Assembly: GCA_964016885.1 (NCBI GenBank)
Contig: OZ024740.1
Span: 93,868,001 to 93,932,000, forward strand
Reading direction: 5' to 3'
From: Eledone cirrhosa
Taxonomy: Eukaryota
DNA: 64,000 bases
The notes below the pieces were generated by a model. The model had not been told where the DNA came from, made no database searches, and saw only the letters and a program-made list of their open reading frames with translations. This document shows positions 42,652 through 55,950 of this stretch, piece after piece (the first letter of the stretch is position 1; each line of letters opens with the position of its first letter). Both the position numbers and the translations under genes were made by a program.

Positions 42652-44486
42652 ATTCCTTGAATCTCAGTCATTGATGTTGGTTAACTGGAAAGTCCGTTGG
42701 ATTGAATATCAAGCCATTACCTGCAGCCTCAGATATTCAGGACGTATCGGAGGGTTCTTGCTGTTCCAAGCAAGCATGCCTTTTGAAGCGTTCCAAAAAG
42801 CGTGAAGGGGCCGATTTTCTTTAACCATCCCTGGAAACTTTTGGAGATAGTCCCCAGTGCGCCTATGACAATCGGGATCACTTTGACTTCATGGCAGTTC
42901 CAAATCCTTTTCACCTCCCACTTTAGGTCCTGGTATCGGTTAATTTTCTCCCTCTCCTTCTCTTGCACTCTCGTGTCGAACGGGCAGGCCACATCCACAA
43001 TCAGGCACGATCTTTTTTCTTTGTCCACAACCACCAGGTCAGGTCTATTGTGTTCCAGTTTTTTGTCCGTCTGTATCCTAAAATCCCACAGCACCTTCAC
43101 CTGATTGTTCTCCATCACCGCCTCTGGCCTATGCTCATACCATTTCTCAGAATGTGGTAAATTGTTTACTTTGCACAGGTGCCAGTGGATCACCCTGCCC
43201 ATCACATCGTGTCTCCAGCCCTTATAGTGGGTCTGGGCTAGGTGTTTACACTCGGACACAATGTGAGCCACAGTCTCCTCTCTCTCTCCACAGATCCTGC
43301 ACAGTGGCCTAGCCTCCTCCTTGTAGATATGGTGCTTCAACCACTTCGCTTTGAGGGCCTGCTCCTGCGCAGCCATTAGCATTCCTTCTGTAGCCTTTTT
43401 GAGGTCTCCTCTTCTCAACCAGTTCCATGTCTGTGGATCTCTAAATTCAGTTTTCTCAAAGAAGGTACTATGAAGGGATTTTCCCTTAAGGCTGCTCTTC
43501 CTCCTTGATGTTATTTCCTCCTTGGACATCCCCTGGCCTACTGTCCCCTCCTTCAGTACAGCTCTGAGCATTGGCTCCTTACTATAGGTCACGTATTTGT
43601 ATAGGTTGTTTTTCTCCATCTGAACACAGTCCTCTATGCTGATAAGACCTCTTCCACCCTCAGATCTCCTTAGGTAGAGTCTATCGACATCACTCCTCTT
43701 GTGGAACATGTTGTAGATAGTCAATAGCTTCCTAGTCTTCCTATCCATTTCTTTTTGTTCAGCAACATTCCATCTCAGAATTCCCGCACTGTACCTAATA
43801 ATAGACACAGCTCGGGAATTTACTGCGCTATTGGCATTTCTGCTGTTCAGATGTGACTTCAATACGCTCCTTACTCTCCGAATGTATTCAGTTCTTAACA
43901 ATTCCTTCATTTTTTTGTTCTTTATGCCATCAGCCTCCAGAACGCCCAAATACTTGTATTCTTCCTCAGAGTCAATTTCCTTTATCATCTCACCTGTTGG
44001 TATCTGGATCCCGTTACTTCTGCTCAACCTGCCCCTCTTCATCACAATGACTCCACATTTACCAATACCAAACTGCATACATATATCACTGCTGAAAATA
44101 CGGACAGTGTCAACAAGCACATCCAACACCTTCTCACTTTTCCCGAAGAGCTTAAGATCGTCCATGAAGAGGAGGTGATTGATGGTAAGCTCTCCCCTTC
44201 CCAACTTGTATCCTGCTCTCACTTTTCGCAGCATAATGGTCAAGGGCATCAGGGCAAGGACAAACAACAGAGGGGACAGGCTATCTCCCTGGAAGATACC
44301 TCTCTTGATCTTCACGCTTCCCAAGGATACTCCAGTTGATGTCAACTCTGTCTCCCAGGACCCCATACTCCTGCCTAGCAACTGTCTGATGTTATCTGCC
44401 ACCCTGAAGATCTCCAGGCTTTTGGTGATCCAGGAATGAGGCACCATGTCAAATGCCTTTCTGTAGTCTATCCATCCCATGGCAAG

Positions 44487-44487
<1 letters not shown>
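42652..44487 (-). mobile_element. Young 5'-truncated Dong family-A copy flanked on both sides by (TTA)n
   Basis: Nearly identical to 55951-57786. TTA tracts at 42600-42651 and 44488-44525. Confidence 0.95.
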
Positions 44488-44526
<39 letters not shown>

Positions 44527-44549
44527 GTAGTAGTAGTAGTAGTAGTACT

Positions 44550-47500
44550 ATTGTTATCGGTCTGTTCGGACGCTTTTTCCTCGCTCCCAGTTAGTCGATT
44601 TATTTGCCTGTTAAAATTATTTGCTGTTAAATAGATCTTTTTGTGTAAGGGATATAAGTCCTTAGACTTTGCCCTGTGGAGGGGAGAGTATAATATTTGG
44701 GCCTTTTGGCCCAAATATTTGAAGATTTTACACAAAAAAAAGAAATAAAAAAAAAAACAAAAAAAAACATGGCTGAGCCATGCCCCCAACAATATCTCTG
44801 CTGTCATCTGGCAACGGTGTGAAAGTGGAGAGGAGGGCTACAAAAGGTGTTACAACAGACACCACCAGAAACAACGTGAACAAAACAACACTGAGAACAC
44901 TAATTTTGAAAAAGATTACCACACCAACTACAACAATAACAGCGTCAATCAAAATACAGACAACAAAGAAAAATGACAACAAATGCAACAACGATATTAA
45001 CACCACTAACAAGAAAAAAACAACGACAACACCAACAGCAACAATACAAATTGTACCGAAAACAACAAACACGATGGCACCAAAAACACAACCTACTACA
45101 ACAGTGATAACAAAAAACAGCACCATCAACACCGTTTGTAGCAGTAGAAGTAGAAACAGCATCAACAACAAGACCAGTAGCGGCAGCAATAATAGTGCCA
45201 CTGAAAAAGGGGCCACTTCATTCGCACGTGTGGCCCGAAATAGAGAAACAGTGCTTGTCACGGAGGAGGAGATTGCTGTGTCAAGAGCCATGGTGTGGAG
45301 AAACGACAAAAGAGTTTCCCTGAAACCTCCACCCGATTTCTTCAAAGACCAGCAACTGCGCATGGTGATTAACCACACCGTAAGCAAAATGTCACATCGA
45401 GTGGAGAGAGCCACGGAGGCTCAAATACAAAAGGCCTTGAGGTACGTCTGGGCGCGCAAAACCCACATCACCCCAGGCAAAAAGTACGCCACAGAAGACG
45501 TACATTTCGCCACCCCCAAGATGCGAAGTGTCACTCTTTGGAAACCCTAAAGAGTGAGGAAACAGTCTTGGTGCCCTCCCACTGTGGGCAGAAATGTGTG
45601 AGGGTCAAAGTGACCCAGGTCCCGCCCGACGTGCCCATACATTGGCTGCCCGCGTCTATACTGGGTGGAATCGAGGAGAGGATCACCATACTGCAAATAC
45701 AGAGAATGGGAAGCTAGAACTGGTCAGAAATACTAATGCAAATGCTAATACTGACTGACAAGGAGTGCATCGAGGCCTCCCCATACATCATAGACCTCGA
45801 AGAAGGGCTGCAACTCCCTATAAGCGTGGAAGGAAGGCGCCCAAAGTGCTATCGCTGTGGGCAGAAGTGTCACCTCAGGGCCGTCTACCCGCGGAAGACA
45901 GCGAAGAATAGCGCGCTCTTCCTTCCGAAGCCTGATCCACTGCTACGAAGAGCAAGGCAGGCAACAGAGGCAGAAGACCATTCCATGGTGAGTAGCAGGC
46001 CAACGTCCGTGGCACCCATACCAAGGCCACAGACAAATAAACCAGCGAAAGCAGTGGCGGCAACACTAACAGTCGCAGTAGCTACGCCGGCGGTATAATA
46101 GCCGGAGCCGGATCCACTACCATCACCATCAGCAGTAGGGCTCATGCCCTTCCCGGACGCCGCAGGGTCCGACATGGATTGTGAGGCGGGACGGAGTTGG
46201 CAAACGTTCTTCAACATGAAATTATAAAAAAAAAAAACCTTAGCTCCACCCTCCAAAATCGAAGACAGACAAAGTGGTTAAAGGCTGCAAGGAGACTTGC
46301 AGCAACACCACCACCATCACGACCACCATCACCATCATCACCACAAGGATCACCACCAAGAACAACCACACCACCACCAGCATCACCGAAAACACCAACA
46401 TCGTAAACACAGCAGAATACACACATCCAACAGCAACAACAAGAAAACAGCAACAAAATCCAGAATTACACAGCCATAAATATGGCAAATAAAGAACTCC
46501 TACAACATATAATGCAGCGCACAGATATCACATTAAAAAACTACTACACCCCACCAACACCAAGAACTCCCACGAAAAACATAAGCATCATTGAAATCTC
46601 AATAGAACATTACAAACTTTTAAAGCGAAAATTCCCCAACGCAGTTGGAGACTTCAGAGGGTGGGTTACCAAGAGGGTATACACCGACATCTTCTTGGAA
46701 ACACGCATCAAGGTAAGTGATCCTTTCTCACCTACCCCGTTTCTCATCCAACATGGCCGTACTTAGAATAGGCAATATAAATGTACGTGGCCTGGGGTCA
46801 TCTTGGAAGCAGGGTCACCTGAACAACGACCTCAGGTCACTAAACAGAGATGTGGTGGCCATCAGTGAGACCAGAATCTTCGAAGCGCGAGCCTTCGCAC
46901 CGATGTTCGGCGGCTACGATGTATTCGCATCTTCCAGACGTCCAAGATTGGGGGGTGGGGGCGGCAGTACTTTTTCGGAGAGGCTTGGATCTCGCCATAC
47001 GAGCCATCTTCCTGGACCGAGAAGCTAAGTCGGTGGTGGTGGACGTGACCGGCAGCGAAAGCAATGCTTTCAGGCTAGTTGCCGTCTACGCACCATCATG
47101 GGCATAACGGCAGGGTTTCTTCAGACGTCTAGAGACCTTTCTTGGAACGTTCCGCTCTTTAGTGTTAGTGGGCGACTGGAACGGTATCTTAGATGCACGC
47201 TGGGATTATGTAGGGCTAGTCGACAGGGCAGAAGGGTGAAAAAGCCTCAACAACCTGCTCAGACGTTTTGAACTCACTGACAGGTATAGACTAGATTATC
47301 CGAATGTGCCAATATGGACATGGGCAAACGGCATCGGATCATCGAGATCGTATTTAGATAGGGTATTATGTAGGGAAACAGATAAGGCGAGTTTAGGTTA
47401 TCGACAATTTAAAGTAGTCGACATCACGGACTACAAATTTGTGATCTGTGAAATTGACTTAGATAGACTCCATAGCCAAGGGCCCAGCTACTGGAAGCTG

Positions 47501-50392
47501 AACGCGTCGTTCCCGGCGCGCAAAGTTTACAGGGACCAGATTAGCGAATTAGTTACGCGTGTGTTGACAGGTGAGATCGTCACCAACAGGTGGTGGTTCA
47601 ACCTGAAAAGGGCTATTAGAGTAGAATCGATAAGATTTAGCAAAGGAATAGTGAATAGGAAGATAAAGTAGAGGGAGAGTTAGTTACAAAGCTAGAAGAG
47701 GCGTTTAGGACAGGCATATCAACCGACGTACTTGCGGCGAGTTTGGCACTCGACCAATTCTTCAACGCAAAGCATGAAGTCTGCGTTGTCAGAGCTAAAA
47801 AGCGTTTAAGACACGAGGGGACGAAAGCCGTTCAATGGACCCGGGTGGTGGAAGCGCGACGTGGCAACAAGTCCATGATTCGGACTTTGCCTGATCAAAA
47901 CGGGCGCATGTTGCTCGAACCCGAGCAGATGTATGCGGCTTTTCAACAGCACTTTGCTCACTTTTTCGGGAGCGGCGGCGGGCCGGATCACAGTATGGAC
48001 TTCGGTGCATACCTCGACCGACTGCCGCGCGGCTCTTGACGGCCGCAGCGTAGTGCTGTGAAAAGCCGATAACAGCATGTGACATACGGGGCGCGATGTC
48101 TGACTGCACGAGGAATCAATCGCCAGGTATGGATGGCCTCCCCTACGAGTTTTATGCGTATATGCAAGACTTGTTCGGCGACCTCTTGGCAGATGTCTAC
48201 TGCTACTGGCAGCAGAACGGGAGTATTCCCAGTTTTGTGAGCCGGGGAGCGGTGACGCTGCTAAGAAAAGACCCGAACATGGTGGACGTTATAAATAACT
48301 TCAGGCCCATAACTCTGCTAATCGCAGAGTTTAAGATTTTGGACAAGTTGTTAGCTGAGATTGGCGCTAGTCGTGGGTGATCTGGTGGGAGAGGCGCAGA
48401 TATGCGCTATGCTGGACTGATCCATACACGACAACTTCTATCTCGTGCGATATATCATAGAGAGGGTGGTTAAGGAAACTGGCATGGGTGGGGCCCTTAT
48501 CAACTTGGATCAATCTAAAGCATTTGATAGGGTCGACAATCGGTGCATGGCTGCGGTCCTCGAGGCGGCTTGCTTCAGGCCCGTTTTTAGGGGCTGGATC
48601 GCTGCGATGCACAGCGACATCTACTTGATTGTGAGGGGGATTGGGCACCTGTCTCAGCCTTTCAGCATCATGCGCTCGGTTCACCAGGATTGCCCCCTCT
48701 TTTTCCTCTTGTACCTACTGTCCCAAGAGCCCTTACTACACAAATTGGAGACGATGATGGCGGTCCCACGCAAACTGGGATGCAGGAGATCCGTGGCAGC
48801 TTACACCGACGACGTCACCGTGGTGGTGACGAGCACCAAACACGTCCAGATGCCCGGCACCGCTCTTAAGGAATACGAAACGGTGACAGGAGCAAAGATA
48901 AACCAGGAAAAATCGGTGGGCTTGCAGCTCGGCACCTGAAGAGGCAAGTCCAGGCCATCCAACAACGTCGTAGTGGGCTGGACGGAAGGAGCGGTAAAAT
49001 TGCTACGGGTCTTGTTCGGTCCGGACCTCCAGATGGAGAAAAACTGGAGTGAGGTGACGAGCAATGTGGCTTCTCTCACCCAAAAATGGGCCGAGTGGAG
49101 GCGGTCTCTGAAAGGTCGGGTGGAGGTGGCGAATGCGTCATAGAGACCCTCATCTGCTACCGCCCAACTTTGACCATCATGGAGCCCTTTCGCTTCCTCT
49201 TTATGGGGAAAGGATGTGTTCCCATTGTCAGACGATCCATTTGCTGTCAACTCCCGTTGCGTGGAGGACTAGGCATGCCGTGGCTGATGATGCGTAAACA
49301 TGCGCTGAGGCTGCGACATCTCTGGGGCTTCCTTGACGGTGAACAGGTGGTAGCCGTTTGCCCGACGCGCTTTTCTCCTGCTTGTCTCCTTGACGGAGCT
49401 GCAGTCCTGGATCAGGAAAAGACCGAGGGATAGCGCTTGGAATATGGAATGTATGCAAATGCTCACCGGCTGGGCACTAGCATCGGTGGAACATCCACCT
49501 CGGTGTTCTATGGAAGGCTAGTGGGGGGAAAGAGAGACGACGATCTTGGGGAGACCCTGGGCGTCGAGGACTATCTGCTGTTCACTCTCTTCAACATAAC
49601 TGTCAGACCGGGGCCTACGGACAACTACCAGAATTCCCTGGCCAGGCAGTGCTACGCGGAGCGTTAGCGGTTCGGGATAAGCTTTACAGGCACAGAGGTG
49701 CTGTCAGCCGAGTCTGTCCGAGATGCGCGCAGGGCGACGAAACCGTCCTGTACGCATTCGTTCAGTGCCCTAGGATTGCTGACTTGTGGAGCTTTGTCGA
49801 ACAGCTGCTTTCGCGTATAGGACGGATCCTGTTATCAACTGAGTCCATTGCGCAGATAGCTCCGCCATCCTCCTTTAAAGAGGAGGAAGGGCAGCTAGTT
49901 TTCATCTGCCTTGTGGCCATGACGAAACATTATGTGGTGGACACGGTTAAAAGGGTTCAAGACGGACACTTTACTCTCCGGCTAATCCCTGTTTAACCAT
50001 TTTATGTTTCACTTGAAATGGAATATCAGGGTGGAGAGGCAAGTGCTGTCTTCTAGTAAGTTTGTGGAAGGTGGGTGAAAGTGGGGAGTCTGGTCCGAAT
50101 GAACTGGACCGCTCTGAGTATATTCCTGTAGACTAAGGAGTGGGAAGAGTGAGAGAGGGCGCTTGCACTGTTGGTCAGGGTGGCCGTTCTCTTTTGTGTG
50201 GTTTTCACCACGAGTAACCCATGGAGGGTTCCCCCTTCTTGTGGAATTTTTTTTGTTTGAATATTTTGGGATTTCTAGCCTGGTTTTGTTATAACCTGTT
50301 TACACGACCTAAACCCCTTTGTATCCTCCTGTACTCTTATGTGCCTTCTGTAATGTTTTACTTCGTGTCAGCCCTTGTGGCCAATAAGTAAA
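44550..50392 (+). mobile_element. Near full-length decayed Tx1/L1-clade element (subfamily b): 5' UTR, ORF1, ORF2, 3' UTR
   Basis: ORF1 remnants at 44769-46766 (TSFARVA, knuckle KCYRCGQKCH). ORF2 from ATG 46753: MAVLRIGNINVRGL, LVAVYAP, GDWN, SYLDR, YWKLN, SPGMDGLPYEFY, NFRPITLL, LDQSKAFDRV, AYTDD, CPRC. Many stops. Confidence 0.92.
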
Positions 50393-50394
50393 AC

Positions 50395-50877
50395 CAGTAT
50401 TTATCTGTATGGAGGCCATGGCGAAAGAGATATTATGGTGGACGCGTCTGAAAGGGCTGAAGACGAACACTTACCCCTTCGGTGATGCCCTGATTAACTT
50501 TTTCAAATTTCATTTGAAAAGGAAAAACAGGGTAGAGAGGGAAGTGCTCTTCCCAGCAGTTTGTTGAAAGATGGGTGATAGAGGCAAGAATGGCCCGAGT
50601 GAATGGGCCTACTCTGAGTGTGTGTCTGCAAATTAAAGGTGGAAAACTGGGAGAGGGCACCTGCCCTTGTTTGTCAGGGTCACTGTGGCCTAATGGGCTT
50701 TCTCCACAAATGTCCCTCCGAAGTCTCCTCCTATAGGGGAATTTTTCATTGTTATTTTTATTACCTCCTCTGTTTTTGTTTTTCACACGCAGAAATGCCC
50801 ATTGCACCGTCATGTATTGTCCTTTACTATCCTTAATGTCTGCTTTATGTAAACCCTTGTGGTTAATAAAGAAAGCA
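50395..50877 (+). mobile_element. Short Tx1 subfamily-a 3' fragment followed by (TTA)n
   Basis: Matches 39618-40110. Ends AATAAAGAAAGC then (ATT)n at 50878-50894. Confidence 0.9.
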
Positions 50878-50894
50878 TTATTATTATTATTATT

Positions 50895-53478
50895 GAATGT
50901 ATATAAGTACACATACATTGTTATCTGAAAAGGACACCCAAAAAGAGTGGTGCCTTGACCCAAAATCTAAACCTTTTATAATTATCAAAAAAAAAAAGTT
51001 TTCTCTGAAAAATCATGGCCGACTCAGTAGATCAGATCCTTCATCACAAAATAACACCTCACACCGACACCACCGTTGTAAATATTACTACGTTTGCGAA
51101 CACTAAATATATAAGCAGTAGCAACATTTTAAATTCGTCTCAGGCAGACATTCATTTCCCGACGTTACCAATGACAGCAGGTGTTAAAGCCGCCACCACC
51201 GCCACAACCGCGACAACCACCACCCACACCAGCACCTCGACAACAGAAACAAAAGAAAAAAATTAATTAACTCGTGATATTGAAATGAGTTCAACCAAAA
51301 TGAACTCTTCCACACCGAACACCACTGACGCCACCACCACCACAACTGAAACTAAAATTAATAACAAAAATAACGATAACAAAAACAGCAACAATGACAT
51401 GAAGAAAACCACCCTGAGTTTTGCCAGAGTAGCAAAACAGTGCGAAGCATTACAGGTAACTCAGGAGGAATTAGAAGAAGCCACACAAATGGTAAAGAGA
51501 AAATGGGTACAGGGTCAGCCTCAAAGCCCCCCACCCCCCACCCCACACCCCACACCCCACACACACCTAACCAAATGGAGCATCGGCGCCTATGCACCGT
51601 GTTTATGGAACAATTAATATAAAATCGCGCCGAGTGGAACAGGCATCTGAGTCCCAAATCCAAAAACTTTGGGACATGTCTAGGCTAGAAAAACCCAAAT
51701 CAGACGTGGGCAGAAGTATAGAACCGTGGACGTGTTCTTTGAAACACTAGAGGAGGCTCGAGAACACCCCATGGCCCCATTAAGAAGTGACGACTTCACA
51801 CTCGTCCCAAGATATTGTGGCCAGAGACCCGTAAAGGACTAGGTGTGTCGTTTGTTGTGAAGGAACCCAACTAAGGGCTTTCTATCCTCAGGCTAAAAGG
51901 TTGAGGCCACCTCTCCTACCCACCCCAGTGACTCAACCATCAACACCACCAGCAGCAGAGATGGCAGCTACAACTGTAGCAGCAACAACAGAAGCAAATA
52001 TAACAGCAACAACCCCAGCAACAGTAGCAAAACCAACACCACCACCTACCAACCCGCCAGAGCTAGCACCAGCGCCTACACCATCCACCACGCCACAAAC
52101 AAAACTAACGCCTGTGGAGGATTTTCCACTCCCCGGCCTATCACAACTGGAGACAGATTGTGACGACGAGGAGTGGGAAACGGTATCAGGAAAAAAGAAA
52201 AGAAGCAACCCAAAAAGAAAACAAATTATCTTCCTTCCCCCTCCAAAAACAAAATACAGAGGGAAACACATAAACTATCAAACAAAAAAGTTAGGTCAGA
52301 TATGCCACAATCCACACCAGCATCACCAACCCCATCACAAACACCAACACTATCACCATCATTAACCCCAACACCACCTACACCACAAACGTCACCAAAA
52401 AGCGAAACAGAAACAAACCCACAACAAGCGCAAACAAAACAAAACAACCAAAACGATACACACTACACAGCATTAAATGTGAACAACAACCAATTATTAC
52501 ACTACATCCAACACAACACCAGCATCACAGAAAATGACTACACAACAACACAAAAGTTCACACAACGTCCACACATACAAATCACTCGCATCACACAGAA
52601 AACGTACATGACACTAAAACAAAAATTCCCCAAAGACATCGGAGACTTCCGACAAGCACTCTCCAGGGGGATTTATAAGGACATCCTTCCTGAGGAGGCC
52701 AGAGGCAGTGAAAAGAATTGAGAAACCGTCCTTCCTCTACGAGAAGTAAGGTAAGTGGTCTTTCCCCGGGGACTACAGACTACTTCCAGAAATCTGTGGC
52801 CTGGCAGTGCTACCGAGGAGCCTTGCAATTTCAGGATAAACTGTACAGGCATGGACGTGCCGCCAGCCGGGCATGTTCGAGATGCGCGCAGTATGACGAA
52901 ACCGTCCTGCACGCACTCGTCAAGTGTCCGAAAATTGCTGACTTGTGGGTTCATGTCGAACACCTGCTGTCGCGTGTAGGACGGATCGGGCTATCATCTG
53001 AGACAATCGTGAGGATTGCCTCTCCTTCTTCCTTTAGCCGGGAAGGGCAGACAGTTTTTATCTGTCTGGTGGCCATGGCGAAAGAGATAGTATGGTGGAC
53101 ACGTTTGAAAGGGCTGAAGACGAGCACTTACCTCTTCGGTGATGCCCTGATTGACTTTTTCAAATTTGATTTGAAAGGGAAAATCAGAGTAGAGAGGGAA
53201 GTGCTCTCTTCCCAGCATTTTGTTGAAAGATGGGTGAGAGAAGCAAGTATGGCCCGAGTGAATGGGCCTACTTTGAGTATGTATCTGTAAATTAAAGGTG
53301 GAAAACTGGGAGAGGGCACTTGGTTTCGTGGTCAGGGTCACTGTGGCCTTTTACTGGGCTTTCTCCACAAATGTCCCTCCGAAGTCCCCCCCCCTCTATT
53401 GGGGATATTTTCATTGTTATTTTTGTTGTTACATCCTCTGTTTTTGTTTTTACACGCAGAAATGCCCATTTATACCGT
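50895..53478 (+). mobile_element. Tx1-like element retaining ORF1 and the 3' end but lacking APE and RT
   Basis: ORF1 remnants (LSFARVA; C-terminal QLLHYIQ..LKQKFPKDIGDFR) join at about 52765 to the ORF2 C-terminal zinc-finger segment (FQKSVAWQCYRGAL). Confidence 0.85.
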
Positions 53479-54972
53479 TATCACCAAGACACAACCAGTG
53501 ACCTCAAGAGACAACAATGTCCGCCATGTTGAAGAAAGAACATACACACTCACACATGAAATCTTTAGGTGTTTTGACTTGTGATGTACTTATATTGTCA
53601 GAATCTTCCTTACTATATGGGCAGTTCCCATTAGTACTATCTTTTGTATTTCTCCTATACGCAGGTTTCCTGGGATTTGCGATAAGTAATCATTAGAACC
53701 CCTAGGTATCATTCCTAGAGCGCCTACAACCACTGGTATTGTTATAGTTCTCAATGTCCACACTTTTCCAATTTCTATCTCCAGGTCCTTATACTTGCTC
53801 AATTTTTCAAATCTTTTTAGAGATACATTCTTGTCTATTGGAACGGACATATCAATTAGCAGGCATACCCTCTTTTTAAAGTCCTTCAGTATAATATCAG
53901 GTCTATTTGCATATATTTTTCGGTCGGTTTGGATGATAAAGTTCCAAAAGATTGAGATGTGATATTTTTCAAGTATGTGAGGTGGTTGATGCTCCCACCA
54001 ATTCTTTTGATGGAGCCGGTCAAAATGCTTACACTTTGTCCAATGTATGTATTATGCAGCTCTGTCATGCCTGTTTAGGTATTCGCTTGGAACTATGGGA
54101 CTGCACATTGAAATTATATGGTCAATGGTCTCTGGTTGTTTTTTACATACACTGCATAATGGGCTGCATCCATTTTTTATTATGTTGGCTAGGTAATTTG
54201 TTGTTGGCAGACACTGATCTTGTGCTGATATAATCAGTCCTTCAGTCTCCGATTTCAGTCCAGAGGATGCCAACCACTGATGGGTTAAAGTTTTGTCAAC
54301 ATCAGGATTGTTAGCTCGTTCTGGGTATTTTCCATACAGAGGCTTTTCTTGCCATTTCTCAGCCAGTTTCTGTAGCAGTTCTTTCTTTGCAGTTACTTTT
54401 ACCTGCTTTGTTTTTTCTGTGTTTTCCATTTCAGCAGTAAATTTTCATCCATTCGCTCATAATTTCATCCTTCAAGTTGGCAATTTCATTCACATACATT
54501 TCTTTATCATTTACGATCTCATTGCTTTCATTTTGAGTTTCATCTTGAGCATGCACTCCCTCCACATTTTCGATCATTTCTTTAATTTGTTTTGTTGTCA
54601 GTGATTCCGCCCCAACCCTGGGATTCGAAGTGTTACAATTTACCTCGTTTTCACTGACACATGTTTCATTTTCCCTTCGCTGACTTTGTGCAAATAGCTT
54701 GATCTGATCAATTTCTATATCAGTTAGTAACTTTTTTTTTACAATATTTCTTCGTATGTTGGCTAGTTTGTTACTGTCAATATAGCCTCTGTTTTCGGAA
54801 TGTTTCTTTTTCCAGTTGATATATGTCTGTTCTGTATTCGATGTATTTGATGGGTAGTATATGGCAGTGTAGAAAGCCTCAATGACTTCTTTATTATCTT
54901 CCCTTGACCATTTTTCTCTTTTTTTTTTTGATTTCTTGGTGGTGAGCATGGAGGGCCAACAGTAGGAATATT
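53479..54972 (-). mobile_element. Dong family-B copy with internal deletion of the RT
   Basis: The N-terminal block (KWSREDNKEVIEAFY..KLANIRRNI, 54431-54949) abuts the post-RT block (MENTEK..) at about 54440. Confidence 0.88.
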
Positions 54973-54974
54973 CC

Positions 54975-55900
54975 GATCGGGCAATGTGATCGGTGGAAAC
55001 TCCACCTCGGCGTTCTATAGAGGATTAGTGGAGGGGAAGAGCGATGACGTACTTGGGGAAACTCTAGGCGTCGACGAAAATCAACTAGCCAATCTCTTCG
55101 GAAGAACTTTCGGGCCAGGGCCTATGGACAACTTCCAGAAATCTCTGGCCTGGCAGTGCTACCGAGGAGCCTTGCCAGTTCGGGATAAACTCTACAGGCA
55201 TGGAGGTGCCGTCAGCCGGGCATGTCCGAGATGCGCGCAAGGCGACGAAACCGTCCTGCACGCACTCGTCCAGTGTCCGAAAATTGCTGACTTGTGGGTT
55301 AATGTCGAACACCTGCTGTCGCGTTTAGGACGGATCGGGCTATCATCTGAGTCCATCGTGATGATTGCCCCGCCCTCCTCCTTTAGCCGGGAAGGGCAGG
55401 CAGTTTTTATCTGGCTGGTGGCCATGGTGAAAGAGATAGTATGGTGGACACGTTTGAAAGGGCTGAAGACGAGCACTTACCTGTTCGGTGATGCTCTGAT
55501 TGACTTTTTCAAATTTCATTTGAAAAGGAAAATCAGAGTAGAGAGGGAAGTGCTCTATTCCCAGCATTTTGTTGAAAGATGGGTGTGAGAAGCAAGAATG
55601 GCCCGAGTGAATGGGCCTACTCTGAGTATATATCTGTAAATTAAAGGTGGAAAACTGGGAGAGGGCACTTGCCTTGGTGGTCAGGGTCATTGTGGCTTTT
55701 TACTGGGCTTTCACCACAAATGTCCCTCCGAAGTCTCCTCCCTATTGGGGAATTTTTCATTGTTATTTTCATTGTTATTTTTGTTACATCCTCTGTTTTT
55801 GTTTTTTACACGCAGAAATGCCCATTTGTACCGTCCTGCATTGTCCTGCACTGTCCTTAATGTCTACTTTATGTAAACCCTTGTGGTTAATAAAGAAATC
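54975..55900 (+). mobile_element. 5'-truncated Tx1 subfamily-a copy ending at (TTA)n
   Basis: ORF 54986-55588 (zinc-finger C-terminus). Ends AATAAAGAAATC then (ATT)n at 55901-55950. Confidence 0.92.
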
Positions 55901-55950
55901 ATTATTATTATTATTTTTATTATTATTATTATTATTATTGTTATTGTTAT

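Noticed and set aside
44728-45414. Hydrophobic 228-aa minus-strand ORF (also 51933-52447) resembling a membrane protein
   Set aside because: It is the antisense of the ACA-rich low-complexity Tx1 ORF1 N-terminus, a compositional artefact.
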